Shown: positions 25,131 to 38,274, counted from the first letter of the stretch. The stretch is 64,000 nt of DNA from Lama guanicoe (GCA_013239625.1 MU054220.1:8963367-9027366), one strand, 5' to 3'. Translations and numbers: made by a program. The notes: a model not told the origin generated them from the sequence alone.

Positions 25131-26964
25131 CAATAAATAATTATATATACCACCAAAATGAAAACTTTTAATCTCTCTAAATTACGAAAACCAAGAACAC
25201 AAAACTCAAACTAATGCATTTTTTGATGATGACTCATTGTGGAACACAATTAAATGGGGAGTTTTTCCTGACTTCCACTGACTCTGAATGAATATCCATT
25301 ATTCCACAGCAGAAAACTGATTCTTACAATTAAGATTCTTGATAATCATGTGGAATATATATATATTTTTAAAGCAGACAAAATTTATAACCTGAACATC
25401 AGATTGTTCTTCTGCTATGGAAACTCTTGAACCAGTCTGTTAAAGATTCAGAAATGGATTAAAGTCCTTTATTTCCTGGGAAAACTAAACGACTTCACAT
25501 CTCTTCTCTACTTTCAAGCGCTAACTATGCTTTATTACTCCATAGGGTCTATTTCACCAGGAAAGGCTAACCCTTTTGAAGAAGCAGTTCCCTCTGTATT
25601 TAGAATTTATTAATGATTAGGCAATGTGTGGTATTCGAGGTAAAATCCGGTCAATTACACCCATTGCTTTATTTTCATCACCTGTGTAAACTGATGAACT
25701 TAGAACTAAATAAAACATCATTCGTATCTACCATTTCATAGCACTGAACGAACGTGCTTGCCCTGGTGGAGGGGGAGATTACGTACACACTCAGCTGCAG
25801 TCCCAACAGCTATTTAGAGCACGTAATGTGACAGTCAACGTAGGTGATCCCCCAAACAAGTAAGGGAACGGCCCTGTGCTCTCAGGGCTGGCATTGTTCT
25901 CCAGGATACATAGGTACGATAACCACAACCCAAGACAGACTTGACAGGTGCTCTGGCAAAACTATAAACAAGTGCTGGGGCAACGCTAAAGAAAGAGAGA
26001 GTACCTACTGTGAGGAATGGAAAAATTAAGAAATTATACTGAAGGCTTCCGGCAAGGAGTCCTCGAGATGGCACCTGGAATGAGCCTTAAATGACAGAGC
26101 TGTCTTCTCAGCGGAACACTGAGTACATTTCAGATTTCTACGACCTTGTTTGCCTTTGTCATAGACACGTGGATTATGTGTTTAAGGGAGCTTTTCATGA
26201 TGTTACATGTAACAAGAGCTTACTTCACTGTTGCTGTGTCAGGCAAAAGTGTTAATTTCTTACTCCTTTCCTATCTCTGCATCTGCAGAGCATCGCCCGA
26301 CACCTCTCTTTTATCCTCTTTTACTCTGACTTTCTATTTTGCATATGGCTCTCATTTTAGGTGGTTCACAACTGCTAGTATGGTCTAAAGGTGGTATGTT
26401 TTTCTTTGACTCTATGTCATTAAATAAATGCAACTGTTTATTTTGTACACAAATAGTATCTGTTTTGATAGATACCTAATAAGCCCTTTATAGACAACAG
26501 GAAATGCTTCCAAAGCCCTACTTGAATGTAATTTCTGAAGTTAAATACTTTCTTAGCTGGTTAACACTGGCCTTTTCTCATTTCTCTTTTAGAAATGTCA
26601 ATACATGGCTGGTGATGCCTCTGACAGTAATGAACGTATCGTGTTTCTGGTAGCACCAATTTTGGGGGGTGGGGTGGGGAGCGACAAACAAGCAGCATTG
26701 TACAGAAGTTCCTCTCACCCTTACTACAAGCATTAGGATAGATTAATTGCTACTGGACTAAGTACAGACCACAGTGACTCATGGGAGCTGGAAGCTGCAT
26801 GTGACCTTCTTTAAGCTTAATCTAACCAATCATAACAAAACCTGTAACATAATCAATACTCAATAAACGTGCTGGCTTGCTAATTGATCAGGAGTAGCCC
26901 ATTTTCTAATTATTTAATGGACAACCTAAGAGTAATTGAGTTCTTACCCAAATATGTATGTATA

Positions 26965-27437
26965 TCTTTGCCCCTTCTCTGTACAAGAAATCCCTTCCCC
27001 TGGTTTTTTTTTTTTTTTTTTCAGCTAGGAAATGCTGTGTGTCTAGTTTGGTAGTTTGGACCCAGTAAATTCCAGATCACTTAACTGAGGAGGAAGGTCC
27101 TCTCCAGCTCTCTCTCTCCCTGTGACGGTGACCAGCAATGCTTGAGATGGTCAAATATTTGATATTCGGGGGACATCTTCAAGTCACTTGGTTTCTACAA
27201 AATTCAGTTTTTGTTTCAAATCAAAATAAAATATAAATATGTATCATACACCTGTATCTGAGAAATAGGATGAAAATAAATGACTTTCTTGTGTTCGTCT
27301 CACAAATATGGCGACATAATCCCGGACACAGGGTGCAGCCGACCAACCACAGACAAGTGACTTAATGAAAAATACGCCTTTGTTGTGTCAATTTCAGATT
27401 GTTTCCTTGCCGCAGACTAGCCCATCATTACAGACAC
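26965..27437 (+). mobile_element. Old MaLR LTR (MLT1K-like), interrupted at about 27151-27308
   Basis: ctctccctgtgacggtgaccagcaatgcttgagatgg | insert | tggcgac...aaatacgcctttgttgtgt...gattgtttccttgccgcagactagcccatcattacagaca. Confidence 0.55.
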
Positions 27438-27768
27438 TGAGATGAAGAGGAAGATACTTGACTTTTCAACACCCTGGGGGCTGTGTCATTAGTCAGGGTC
27501 TCACGGCAGAAGAGAAAGCAGGTGCATTCATTCACTTCAACTTCAAGTGCCCTGGTGTGTGTGCCCCCAAGTTCACTGCCTTGATTCCACTCTTGCATTG
27601 ACATGGTCCAGACGGTGAAGCTGAGCTTGCAGACAGGTTCACATTGGTTCGCCGGGTATTGATCATAACAGTGGGTTTACTGTCGCTTCTGTTTGTTCTC
27701 TTAAGTTGTGGCTCAAAAAAGAGAAATCAAGATTCAAGATGCATATCTGTGTTGTGAGTGTCTATGTG

Positions 27769-27806
<38 letters not shown>

Positions 27807-28318
27807 CATCTCTGTCTCCTCTTTGAGAACTCGGGAAAGCTACATCTGGGCCGCAGCTGCCCAATCTGCAGTCTGGATGCCTCTGTCACTCTCTCTTCTC
27901 CCGGGCTGCCATCCAGCGTCACACCTGAGCTGCTGTTTTCTTGTAGAATCAAGAGGACAGTGAAATATTTCTTACACTCATTTCTCTGCATGAAGTGGGA
28001 ACATAAAGGAGAGACAAGGAAGGCCACAAGCTTCAAGAAAAACGAGAGGGAAATGAAGATGCTTTTTCTGTACCTGAACTACGCCACTCATTTTTGTTAC
28101 TTGTCTGGCCCAGTGCACATTAAAGACATCAACTTGGCTCCACCTGATTCCTAACTTTTATTTGAAGGTACGTGGGGGGGTTATCTTCAAGTCACTTGGT
28201 TTATACATAACTTGAAATTTTGATTTCAAATCAAAATAAGATATAAATATATATCATATATCTATAACTGAGAAATATGATGAAAATAAATGACTTTCTT
28301 GGGTTCATCTGACAAATA
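27156..28318. repeat. Dispersed direct repeat pair of about 150 bp (27156-27308 and 28159-28318)
   Basis: both copies contain atcttcaagtcacttggttt...tttcaaatcaaaataa.atataaatat.tatcata...ctgagaaata.gatgaaaataaatgactttcttg.gttc.tct.acaaata; roughly 85% identical by eye. Confidence 0.92.
27770..27802. repeat. (TG)n microsatellite
   Basis: pure TG run. Confidence 0.97.
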
Positions 28319-28329
28319 CTTAGGTCTAA

Positions 28330-28575
28330 CACAGAGTAGTGGTTAGGGGTAAGGAGGATGGAACCAAACAGGCTGAGTTTGAATCCTGCCTCTGATACTT
28401 GTTGACTTTGTGACTTGGGCACGTTTCTTTGTCTCTCTGTACTTTGAAACCCTAACCTCAAAGGGAGATACAGATAGTGCCCACTTGAGAGAACGTTAAG
28501 AGAACTAAAGGAGTTAATATTAGTAAAATGCTTCAAACAATGCTTGGCAAATGGAAGCACTGCCTACAAATTTAT
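28330..28575 (+). mobile_element. MIR SINE (near full length)
   Basis: gtagtggttagg...ctgagtttgaatcctgcctctgatactt...tgtgacttgggcacgtttctt...gagttaatattagtaaaatgcttcaaacaatgcttggca. Confidence 0.85.
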
Positions 28576-29132
28576 CAAATACAAACTCTGTGTTCATGGT
28601 TTGGAAAGAATCATTCTGTTGCCAAAATTCCTAGTGATTTTTGATGCCAGATGCACTTGTCTCTGTTACCCAGTTCACCATCTTTAACAGTAGTTCCTTG
28701 TGAATTTGTATCCCTAGGAAGAAATGGCTACTCTGGGCTTTAAATTTTTGTCCTCTCTCCCTTGAGCAATGCCAGAAACCGAATAGGGAATTAAAAAGTA
28801 TCTGTTTAAGAAAAATCCTAAAAAAGGCATGCCAGTCATAGTATGACACTGCCAAGGAGAAGGACAGCCATAGGTGACACTTAACTAGGGAACATCTTCC
28901 CCCAAGAACTGAAGGACCGGATGAAATGGGAATGCCCCCAAATGCTGAATATGTGCAAAAATTATCATTGAGTGTTCCAGCAATATATTTTATTGAAATT
29001 TCACGTTGTTTACTGATCAAATCACTATCATTTCAACTGAATTACCATGAAAGCCACAGTGATTTGAGGAGACAGAAAGTCTTATTTATAACATTAGTTT
29101 CAACAGGAATGTGCAGTGTCCTTAAAACTCAC

Positions 29133-29133
<1 letters not shown>

Positions 29134-29166
<33 letters not shown>
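29134..29166. repeat. (CA)n microsatellite
   Basis: pure CA run. Confidence 0.97.
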
Positions 29167-29168
<2 letters not shown>

Positions 29169-29964
29169 TAGATATACCACAAGTAGATTTAGTTTTTGTT
29201 TGTTAGCTCTCCCAACACATAGAATGATGAAAATAATAGCAGCAATTATCCCAGGTAAACAGCTAACTGCTGCTTGTAAAGTATTTGCAAATGCAAAGTA
29301 CCACACACATTCTTAATAATAGTAATTAGTAAAGCCTACAGATTTTAAAAGGAAAATCCATTCAGCTCAGTTTATTTCTGCCACTTAAAATATATAAAAA
29401 ATGACTTTACCTAAAGTTTCTATTTGCTACCCAGATGACAACGTATAAAACACACACACTTAGGCAATTTAAGACTGTATCACTCATTTGCACACTGAAA
29501 GAGCTTTTTAAAACCATTACCTACCACATGTAAATATCAACGTATACAGCTGTTAACCTGTAAAATATTTACTGAAAATTTTATGGGCTTCACTTAAATT
29601 GGATCTCTTAGATACCCAGTTTGCTGTTAGGACAAATAAGGGTATTTTACTTAGCCGAGAAATATTATTCCACAAACATGGCAAACCACCAGAAAAGTCA
29701 CACATCACAAAAGCTATGACAGAACTTTACACAAAATAGCCACAGAAGTCACTGGAGACCTTCTGCGTAGGAGTCCCGGGAGCCTGGTGGGCAGAGTTAT
29801 AATGGAAAAGGGGAGCTAGTATGGTTGGTTCAACCTAAAACCCCTTCTGTCCTGGAGGAGCTAATTCCATAGTCTTGGACTAGAATGAGGAATAGGAAAG
29901 AATCTGACGTCCACTGGTTCTAACTACCTCTCCTAACACTCTGACATCTGCCAACGTCGTGAGT

Positions 29965-30170
29965 ACTGGCTTCAAACAAACGGGCTTTCAGACCCAAAGC
30001 CTGTTACTGCCATTTCCTCACACGTGGCTTTAGACAAAACACATGTCTATCTGTGCCTCAGTTCCCTCAACTATACAATGAGGAGGGCATTAAACCCTAG
30101 TACAGGGCTATCGTATCAAATGAAATAAATTTTGCTAAGTGCTTAAAAGCATTCCTGCTGAAGAGTAACT
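29965..30170 (+). mobile_element. MIR SINE
   Basis: ctgtgcctcagttccctcaactatacaatgagg...atcaaatgaaataaat...aagtgcttaaaagc. Confidence 0.7.
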
Positions 30171-30589
30171 CCTCCACGTGTGTGTATATGCATATGCCTA
30201 GCTGATAAATGTGCTGAACAGAAGAGGACTAAATGCGGATTATTTAGTAAACCCGAGAGACAGACTTCTGGCTTGACATAGACGGTGCAGCAGAAGTATC
30301 ATTCAAACTAGTTTAGATACTTTTCTTGGCCTTTGTTCTTCTACAAATTCCTCTTTCCAAAACAGAAAAAGGAAAAAAAAAAAAAGCTCACTGCATAAAA
30401 AGTAACAAATTTGTTATATGGCTTAGGGAATATAAAAAGAAATGTAAAGTTATTTGGATAAAGTATACACTTTTCACCTGCTCCATCAGTTTCAATATTG
30501 AAACTGCCGGAAATGTTCTTTTCTTTAGCCAACTTCGTCGGGCGCCCAAGAATCATAGCTTTAGACTTTCAACATAAAAGAGGGGTTAA

Positions 30590-30800
30590 AAGAATGGAAT
30601 TTGGGGTCAAAAGGCCTTGCTTTAAATCCCATTTGCAACACTTTTTGGTGTGTGGCTTTAAGAAAATTTCTTCAACGCAACAAGCCTCTGTTTATTCACA
30701 TAAAATGTAAATCATAATACTTGCTTGATTGAGATATTGTGAGAAATAAATCAAAATTGTGAGAATTAAATTAAATCAAACAATGTATGTAAAAGCACTG
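30590..30800 (+). mobile_element. MIR SINE
   Basis: ttggggtcaaaaggccttgctttaaatccc...gcctctgtttattcacataaaatg...ttgtgagaattaaat...tatgtaaaagcact. Confidence 0.7.
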
Positions 30801-30958
30801 TCCTTGTTCCTATGAAACTTAATCATTTGAAGCTTATTATGTCATTATATTTATCTTAAATATTCCAATCTTTCAACACAAATTTATTATTTTGTAAAAC
30901 AATAATTTTTCCAACTGAGCAAACACCGCAGAACAACAGTGATAATGATTTTCTAGGG

Positions 30959-31135
30959 CAGTGGTCCTCAAAGTGTGGATTCCAGACCAGCAGTGTCAGC
31001 CCCACCCGGACCCTGGTCAGAAATGCAAATCCCTGGGCACCGGCCATGCCAGGCTGAGTCGGAGTGTCTGGGAATGGAGCCCAGGAATCTGTTTGAACCT
31101 TGACCCTTACGCAGGTTTCACTTGGAGAAGCACTG
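30959..31135. mobile_element. MER5A-like hAT-Charlie MITE
   Basis: cagtggtcctcaaagtgtgg..ccagaccagcag...agaaatgcaaatccctggg...gcccaggaatctgttt...gagaagcactg (terminal inverted repeats). Confidence 0.85.
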
Positions 31136-31209
31136 ATCCGCAGTTGCAGAGTCACAGGCATCCTCACAAGACTGCCTCCGATAATTGTGAAATCTAGAGC
31201 AAGGCTTGG

Positions 31210-31708
31210 TGTGACTCAACTCAGGTCCAGCTGCTTGTCACTCAACAATCAATACCCAAGAGGCAGGTGGGGACAGAAAGAAAAGCTGCCTTGAATCAGA
31301 AAGCTGACAATCTCAGACAAGGTGGACTCATGTCCCCCCAAAACCCAATTCTGAAGATTCTGCTCAGCCACGAAAGTTTTCAAGTGAAAAGGGGAAGGAA
31401 TCTCGGTTAATCGCTGAGATAGGGGATCAGATTGACAGCCATCCCCCACTGCGTGCAGGCTGGCTGACTCCTTGTGAAAGAGATCTTTCTTTGGATGCTA
31501 TCTTGCTCACACAGTCTATTCGGGAGATTACTGAAGGGGAAGCTAGGGGAGAGATCTGGTCACCTGTTAATCACTTGTTCTTCATTTCTACTTCTCTCAT
31601 CTATAGAAGGAGTCAACAGGTTAGGCAAGGTATTGCGTGATCAGAAGATGTGAAAGGTATGGCAGCAGTGAGTAGACGGGCGTGCCTGGTTGAAGGTTAG
31701 TGAAAACA
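31210..31708 (-). mobile_element. ERV1-type solo LTR
   Basis: TG...CA bounded, about 500 bp: tgtgactcaactcaggtccagctgct...aaggtggactcatgtccc...ctgaagattctgctc...tgaaaaca; no clear TSD. Confidence 0.7.
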
Positions 31709-31764
31709 TACTATGTAAAAGTGACAGGCAAAAGTGGTTTCCTGCAGAGAGCTGCTTACATGGG

Positions 31765-31945
31765 CTCAGTTTTCTTCAAAGGGCCACAAAGTGACTCTTT
31801 TAGGCTTTGTGGACCACAGAGTTTCTGTCGTAAGTATTCCTCTCTGCCACTGCTATATAAGACCAGCCAAAGATCATCCGTTAACAAATAAATATGGCTG
31901 TGTTCCAATACAACAGGTGGCAGGCTGTGGTCTGCTGACTCCTAT
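31765..31945. mobile_element. MER58A-like hAT MITE
   Basis: aaagggccaca...ttaggctttgtggaccaca...ctctgccactgc...atggctgtgttccaata...ctgctgactcct. Confidence 0.8.
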
Positions 31946-31982
31946 ACCTTGTTAGGCTTGTGTACTGCCCAGTCTACACAAC

Positions 31983-32310
31983 AAGTGGACTGAATGATTG
32001 TAACCCTCCCAAAATTCTCACGTTGAAGCACTAACCCCTAGTGTGATGGAATTTGGAAGTGGGCCTTTGGGAGGTATTTAGGTTTTGATGGGATCCTAAG
32101 GGTGGGACCTTCATGATGGGATTAGGGTCCTGGTAAGAAGAGCACGCATCCAGGAACAGAGCACAGGGAGTCTAGGAGCGCAGGTAAAGGCAGCTGCCTG
32201 CAAACCAGGATCTCAGAGAATCCTCACCAGGAGCAGACTCCGCCAGCACCTAGATACTTGATCATGGACTTCCCATCACATAGAACTGTGATGAAGCCAC
32301 AGCTAAGACA
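31983..32310 (+). mobile_element. MaLR LTR (MLT1A-like)
   Basis: ggactgaatg...cccaaaattc...gttgaagc.ctaacccc.agtgtgatgg.atttgga.gtgggcctttgggaggta.ttagg...catgatgggattag...gactt...agaactgtga...ctaagaca. Confidence 0.88.
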
Positions 32311-33479
32311 ATAACCATTGCACTGGTGCCTTTCCTGTGTTCAAAGAAACTCTGCAGCATACAGATGCTAACAGATGAATTCCGAGACGTATTTTTATTT
32401 TACCCGGGCATTATTCCTTTGGCTGTTACGTGATTCCTTGATTTGTGACGTGATCTGTTAGCGCATCATTAAGTGGCTGTTCATTCCACCTTACGATGAG
32501 CTGTGCACAGTGAATGGAGAGATGACTCGAAGTCATAGTCGGGTGGGTGGCTGCAGTACGGGGTGTGCAAAAATAGCCCCAGCAGAGGCTTTGGTGGTCT
32601 CAGTGATTGTTATCTGTAAAATGCAATAAATGTTTCCTGATCCCCGGAAAATGATAACTTCTTGAATTATTTCTCTCCTTTTCTCAAGAAGACTACCATG
32701 CAACAGAAGCAGTTCCAATTACAATTTTTAAAAAGTCAAGCTTTTCCTACTACCTTTTCACTCTGCAAAGGTAGCTGACAAGGAGAGGGCAGAGGGCTTT
32801 TGCACTGGAACAGTAACTCAGCTTCAAGTGCTGCTGCTGACATTTCAGAGGAGAAAAATGCCAGTATTAATTTATCAAACTAAAATTCTCAGAGAAATTT
32901 TGAAATATATTCCAGTTTCCCAGGATTCAATTTGTTCCTGGAAACAAGTAACTCACTAGAAAAGGATGCTCCTCTGCTCACCAATGATGTGGCCTCCAAA
33001 CTGGGCCGAGCGAGCGGGCCATGCCAGATCCCGGGCCTACAGGTGGCCTGCACAGAGTAGGTACTCCGAAGTATTTGCTAAATAAAATTAACTTCTCGAC
33101 TCAAAATACCATAAACCAACCTAGAGTTTCCTAATGGTAAATACAGAGACCCATTTGGAAGATGTTTTTTTCTGAGAAAGTTTTGTTGGTGATTAAGTAT
33201 CTTACAATTCAAGGAGCCATAAGGTACAGCAAATTAATTCTTACTTTTGATTTGGAAGCCGATTAATTCAGCGCATCAAGATTTCATTTATTCATTTACT
33301 CTTTCTCTCAGCAAACATTTGTTTAGAAACAAAGATTAATGAAAAGAAGTCTTGTTTTCAAAAACTGCATGATATACTGAGAATGTCAAAATACAAACAA
33401 ATACTTACAATACAGCATAATAAATATGTTTTGAGAACAGAGATTTTCACTCTTTCCTATTAAGGAGGATAAAAAAAGT

Positions 33480-33730
33480 TTCAGCAAAGAGGTTTATTGA
33501 ACAATATACACTCAGTGCCTGACATATGTCAGGCATTATTTTAATCACTGGGGATACTTTAGTGAACAAAAAAAAGAGAGAAAAAGAAGCAAACAAACAA
33601 AAATAACACCTGATAAAAATTCTCATCCTCACCCATGTTAAAATCTGGTGGCTGGGAAGCAGGGTGTAGACAATGAATATAATAAAGAAGTAAATCATAT
33701 CGTATGTTAGAAGGGGTCTGAATTATTGAA
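33480..33730 (-). mobile_element. L2 3' end
   Basis: tttattgaaca...atgtcaggcatt...ctggggatact..agtgaacaaa. Confidence 0.65.
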
Positions 33731-34238
33731 AAGCAGCACAAGGCAAAGGAGAACAGAAATACCTTTCTCCCAAGGTTGAAATACATCCTATTAAGAGTAA
33801 GATGCCATGAGTCATGCTGATAAGGGTAGAAAGGGTGAATGACCACCCATTAGTATAACTGATAATAAAACCACTGCTAGTGTGACTTTCTATGAAACTG
33901 TTTGTACTACCTCTTAGAGGACCTCCATTAAAGTGTGCTTTGAATTTGAGGCTTATTCTGATCATAAAACGTTATTAGCAGCTTGAGTTAATCTAAATAG
34001 AAGGAAAAACCATCCTGCTTTTGTCTATCAAATGGTGGCGTGCTGGGATTGGTGTTCAAACTGTTAATGCTGAAGTAAGACATGGAACAGGTGCAATTCA
34101 TGACTAAAGGTTCTAACGAAGGCAGGGGTCAAAGTAGTTCATTAACGTATAATTTGATGAATTCTGCAACTGGGCTGCAGGAGTTTGTATGGACCTACGA
34201 TACCTGGTTCTTTTCATGGTTGTGTACAGCCTAAAATA

Positions 34239-34568
34239 AGGATCAGCAAACACCTTCACTGAAGGAATAGACAGTAAATATTTTAGACTTCGCTGCTCAC
34301 AGTCTCTATGACAACTACTCAACTCTGCCACGGTAGCACAACGAAACCACTGAAAACATGGAAACAAGTACGCACGGTGGTCTTCCAGTAAAACTTCCCA
34401 TGGATACCAAAATTTGAATTTCGCATAATTTTTCACTAAGAAAGTATTTATTTCGATTTTGTTCACCATTTGAAAGTGGAAAAACAAAGACATTCTTAGC
34501 TCACAGGCTGTACGAAAACGGATGGATGGAGAGATTTGGCCTGCTGGTTGAAGTCTGCCAACCCCAGG
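34239..34568. mobile_element. MER58B-like hAT MITE
   Basis: ggatcagcaaac...agtaaatattttagactt...caactactcaactctgcc...aaatttgaatttcgcataatttt...cattcttagctcacaggctgtac...gccaacccc. Confidence 0.88.
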
Positions 34569-35399
34569 CCTGTAACTTTCCAATCAATCAGCATTAGAAA
34601 AGTGATGGAAAATATGATTGGGACAATAAGTAGTAGAAGGCTGAGTGAAATCCTTCTTAAGACGTCGCGCTGGAGTTGAAGCTCTGGGGATCAACATCTG
34701 ACTTCTACGCAATTCCCTGGCTGCCACCTTAATGAGCTCTGTTCTTGGGCAGGACTTTGCATTCATTTACCAAATGTAGATGAGACCATCTATTCAGCCT
34801 TGGTGTCTTTGTAAAGTGGGCCTTAGGTCTATTTTTTTTTTTCATACTTGAATGACTATGGTGTAAGTTGAAACCACGAGCTCCAGTCTGAACACAGATC
34901 TCATACGACTTACTCTGTAACAACAAATCTTAAATAGCTGTTAGAATTAGAATGTCTGGAGATTCAACATCGAGGTCATAACCCTACTGTCAATATAAAC
35001 TACGGAATAGGATTGTGCTGCTCCCTAGAACACCTTGTTCCACGGATGAAAGTTTTGTGTTAATTAATGACTTTATATTCTGGGTCTAAGCATGGTCATT
35101 CAGAGATTTTTCTATGCTTTGAAGTCACCCTAAACAAAATTATTAGTTTAGATAATGATTTTTCAGTCCCTTAGGGTAACTGATTTTCATATTGAACAAA
35201 TAGATTAAGCTTCACATCCTGTATATTTATCACTTACTTTTCACGGGAAGGGCAATGTCACTGATTGGAAATAACAATCAGTGAAAATCTGGTGTGCCCA
35301 TCCATTCAATTTCTTATTTAGAGGACAAGTGATTATGCCTTCTTTGATACATAGATGCTACAAAGATAGAGGGGGTAGTTTATGATTAAAAATTGTGAT

Positions 35400-35610
35400 T
35401 ATAAATTGAGCTTTGGAGGTGACATTTGAACCAAGTTTTGCAGGATGTGAGGCAGCCAAGCAATACCTGGGAGCAGTGCATTCTGTGCAATGGGAGCAGG
35501 TCTGGCATATTCAAGAGTAAAACATCAGGGTGGCTGGAGTGAGATGAGCTGTGGACATAGGTGACAAGATCAGGAGGACTTTTTTGATCTTTGAGCTAAG
35601 TTTGTGGAAT
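35400..35610 (-). mobile_element. L2 fragment
   Basis: ggaggtgacatttgaacc...gcattctgtgcaatgggagcag...gtggctggagtgagatgagc. Confidence 0.65.
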
Positions 35611-36999
35611 GAAAAACAAGGAAAGCATAAGGTGCTGTAACAAGAGTGGTTATTTACACTTGGACTTGAGCCAGAAGCTTTAACACATTGTCTTTGGTCT
35701 TTATAACAGCCTGCCCAGGTAGATATTCTCATGTTCATATTACGCTGGAAGAGACTGAAGCTAAGGAAGTAAGTTATTTAGACTTGCAGAGCCATACAAG
35801 GAGGAAAAGACAGAACAAAGATCAGAACTCAAGGTCATCTCTTACTCATCTATACATCATCCTTCGTCTTTAAAATACCAGTTCTTTCAATAAGTGCATC
35901 TTAGAAAGTTTAAGAATTGAGGTCTTTTTATTCAGTCTGTACTTATTATGATCACTGCTGAATTAAAAGACAATTCAACAAGGCCAACACATTTTTAAAA
36001 AACTTTAAAAAGTAAACATAAACTTGAGTCAGAAGGGATTAAGGCATTATCAGAGAGGTATACAGAATATATGGAGCAACTGAATTTTTTAAGCACCAAA
36101 ACATACACACAAAAAATAATGTGTACAGAAATACATGGTTTGTTTTACCAATTTATTTACACTCATTTGTTCAAATGAGAACAACACATACAGGCTTCTT
36201 ATAAACTGTAAAATATTACAAACATTTAGAAATATCATTAAAGAAATATATACATAAACTTGGAAGCGTACATTTGAAGACATACTTCTTTGAGATGTCT
36301 TTAATCTTTCTGCAGATATTATTGAACAGTAAAATGTTTTTGTCCCCTGCTCTTTCTTATCTTATGATTTAAATTCTGTTTTACTGATAATAAGTATATT
36401 ATTTGTTGATGGTAATTTCTTACTAAATCTCCTAGATATGTAGAACAGAGCTCTAGAGAAAGGATTTATTGAAGTTGCCTGAAGCAAGAATTTGCTGATA
36501 CCAGTATATTGCCAAACTCCTCATGCCGATAAAACAATGAAGAATATTATCACATTAAATTAGTTTTTGGAAAGTTAACTTTATAAAATCTCTTTCCGGC
36601 AGCTAATTGGTTTCAACCTCAGTGTTTAACATTTCAAGATACCCGAAAAATGCATTTTTATTCACATGCCACTGCACTGGAATAATCTCATCATCATTGT
36701 CACTGATCTATTTATGCCTCATGGATGTATTAAAAAAACATTATTAGAAAATACGGAGTAATATGTGCTAATTTGATTTTAAGTAGCCATTTTGATATTA
36801 TGGGAATTTTACCATTTTCACAGTTACCACAAAGATGGATACAAGTGGATAATTGTTTACTTGTATCAAAAATGAAAGATATTTAGCAAAAAATTAGAAC
36901 TTCCAATTCCATCTATAACTCATCTTTATTACATAATGTTGACCTATTTTTCCTCATAACAGAGAAAATGACCTTATACAAACTTTACTAATAATCAAC

Positions 37000-37545
37000 A
37001 TACAATAAACGATATATCTAAGTGTATCATTTGGTAAGTTTGACATATGACTATAATTATTGAAAGCAGTACCACAATCAAGATAATGAAACTGTTTAAT
37101 CACCACCCAAAGTTTTTTTTCATGTACTTTTCATAGTCTGTCTGGCTCCTTTTCATACTGCCCCTCTCTACTTCCTGTCCAAGGGAATCACTGCTATGCT
37201 GTCACTCTAGATTGGATAGCATTTTCTAGAACTTCGTATACATGGAGTCATACTGAATATACTGGTTTTTGGTCAAGCTTCATTCAATCAGCATAAGCAC
37301 TCTGAGATTCACCTATGTTCTTGCAAATAACAATAGTAAGTTTCATGTTTGTTACTAAGTAGTATTCCATTGAATGCATGTATCACAACTGGTTTATGCA
37401 TTCATTTGCTGATAGGCAGGTGCTGGGGAGGGTTTTTTGTGTTTTTTTATTTGTTTTGGTGTTTTAGATTTTAGTTATTACAAGTAGAGCTGATATAAAT
37501 ATTTATGTACAAAAGCTTTGTGTGGATATATATTTTCATGCATCT
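37000..37545 (-). mobile_element. Old L1 (L1MB/MC-type) 3' end
   Basis: taagtttgacatatg...ccacaatcaagataatgaa...ttttctagaacttcgtatacatggagtcatac...ctgagattcacctatgtt...agtagtattccattgaatg. Confidence 0.85.
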
Positions 37546-38274
37546 GCTGAGTACAATGCAATTGAATATTCAAATGGAGGTCCTATGAAAATGTCTAGGA
37601 CTCTCTCTGCTCTGCCTCATCACTATATTCTGTTCTCAGCTGCCTCTCCTCAACACAGGGATTCTACCGGGTTCACGTCAGTTCTCCCTTTCTGTGCCAC
37701 AGCCTGGAAACTACAAAGGAAGTAAGCCAGGGCCATCATAGGACTCACCTCTCTTAACTCCTAGAGATCTCTGTCCTTTCATTAACTGACATCCAATTTT
37801 GTTATTTTATTATATAATTTGTTTCATAAATCTCTGGGACCAAAGTAGTATTTGGTATTAGGGGCTTAAAATAGTGTTACGAAAATCAAATGAATGAATC
37901 CATTATATATAAAAATTCACTAGTACAAGGTCAAGGTATTCATCTATTCACATGTAGTATATTTGATTTTTTCACATTTTATGAATTTTGAGCAAGATTT
38001 TCACAGGCAGCAAGTGGAAATTGAAAATATTGCTACATTTTTGAATAGGTCATTTTTTCCCTGGGATTGTTTTATAAATCCCCTGACATCTTTAATGGCA
38101 TTAATTTTCCTCATATGTATGTATAGGCTACAAGATGATGTCACTATCCATGATATCATCAGAAAGACAATCTAGTACATATTTGCCAAAGGATCCATGT
38201 CAGATTTAAGTTTTGTTACTATATATTTGTGAAATTATTTTAAAAAGGCATATTGTTTACAAGGGGGTATATTG

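Noticed and set aside
27532..27701. Minus-strand open frame PQLKRTNRSDSKPTVMINTRR...HLKLK-stop resembling a terminal exon
   Set aside because: It needs a rare GAG acceptor, the peptide is not recognisable, and no linked upstream coding exon could be established.
27706..29316. ORFs with VCVCVC or HTHTHT runs
   Set aside because: Translations of (TG)n/(CA)n microsatellites.
34113..34583. 156-aa minus-strand ORF
   Set aside because: Lies almost entirely within a non-autonomous MER58B MITE; no transposase motifs.
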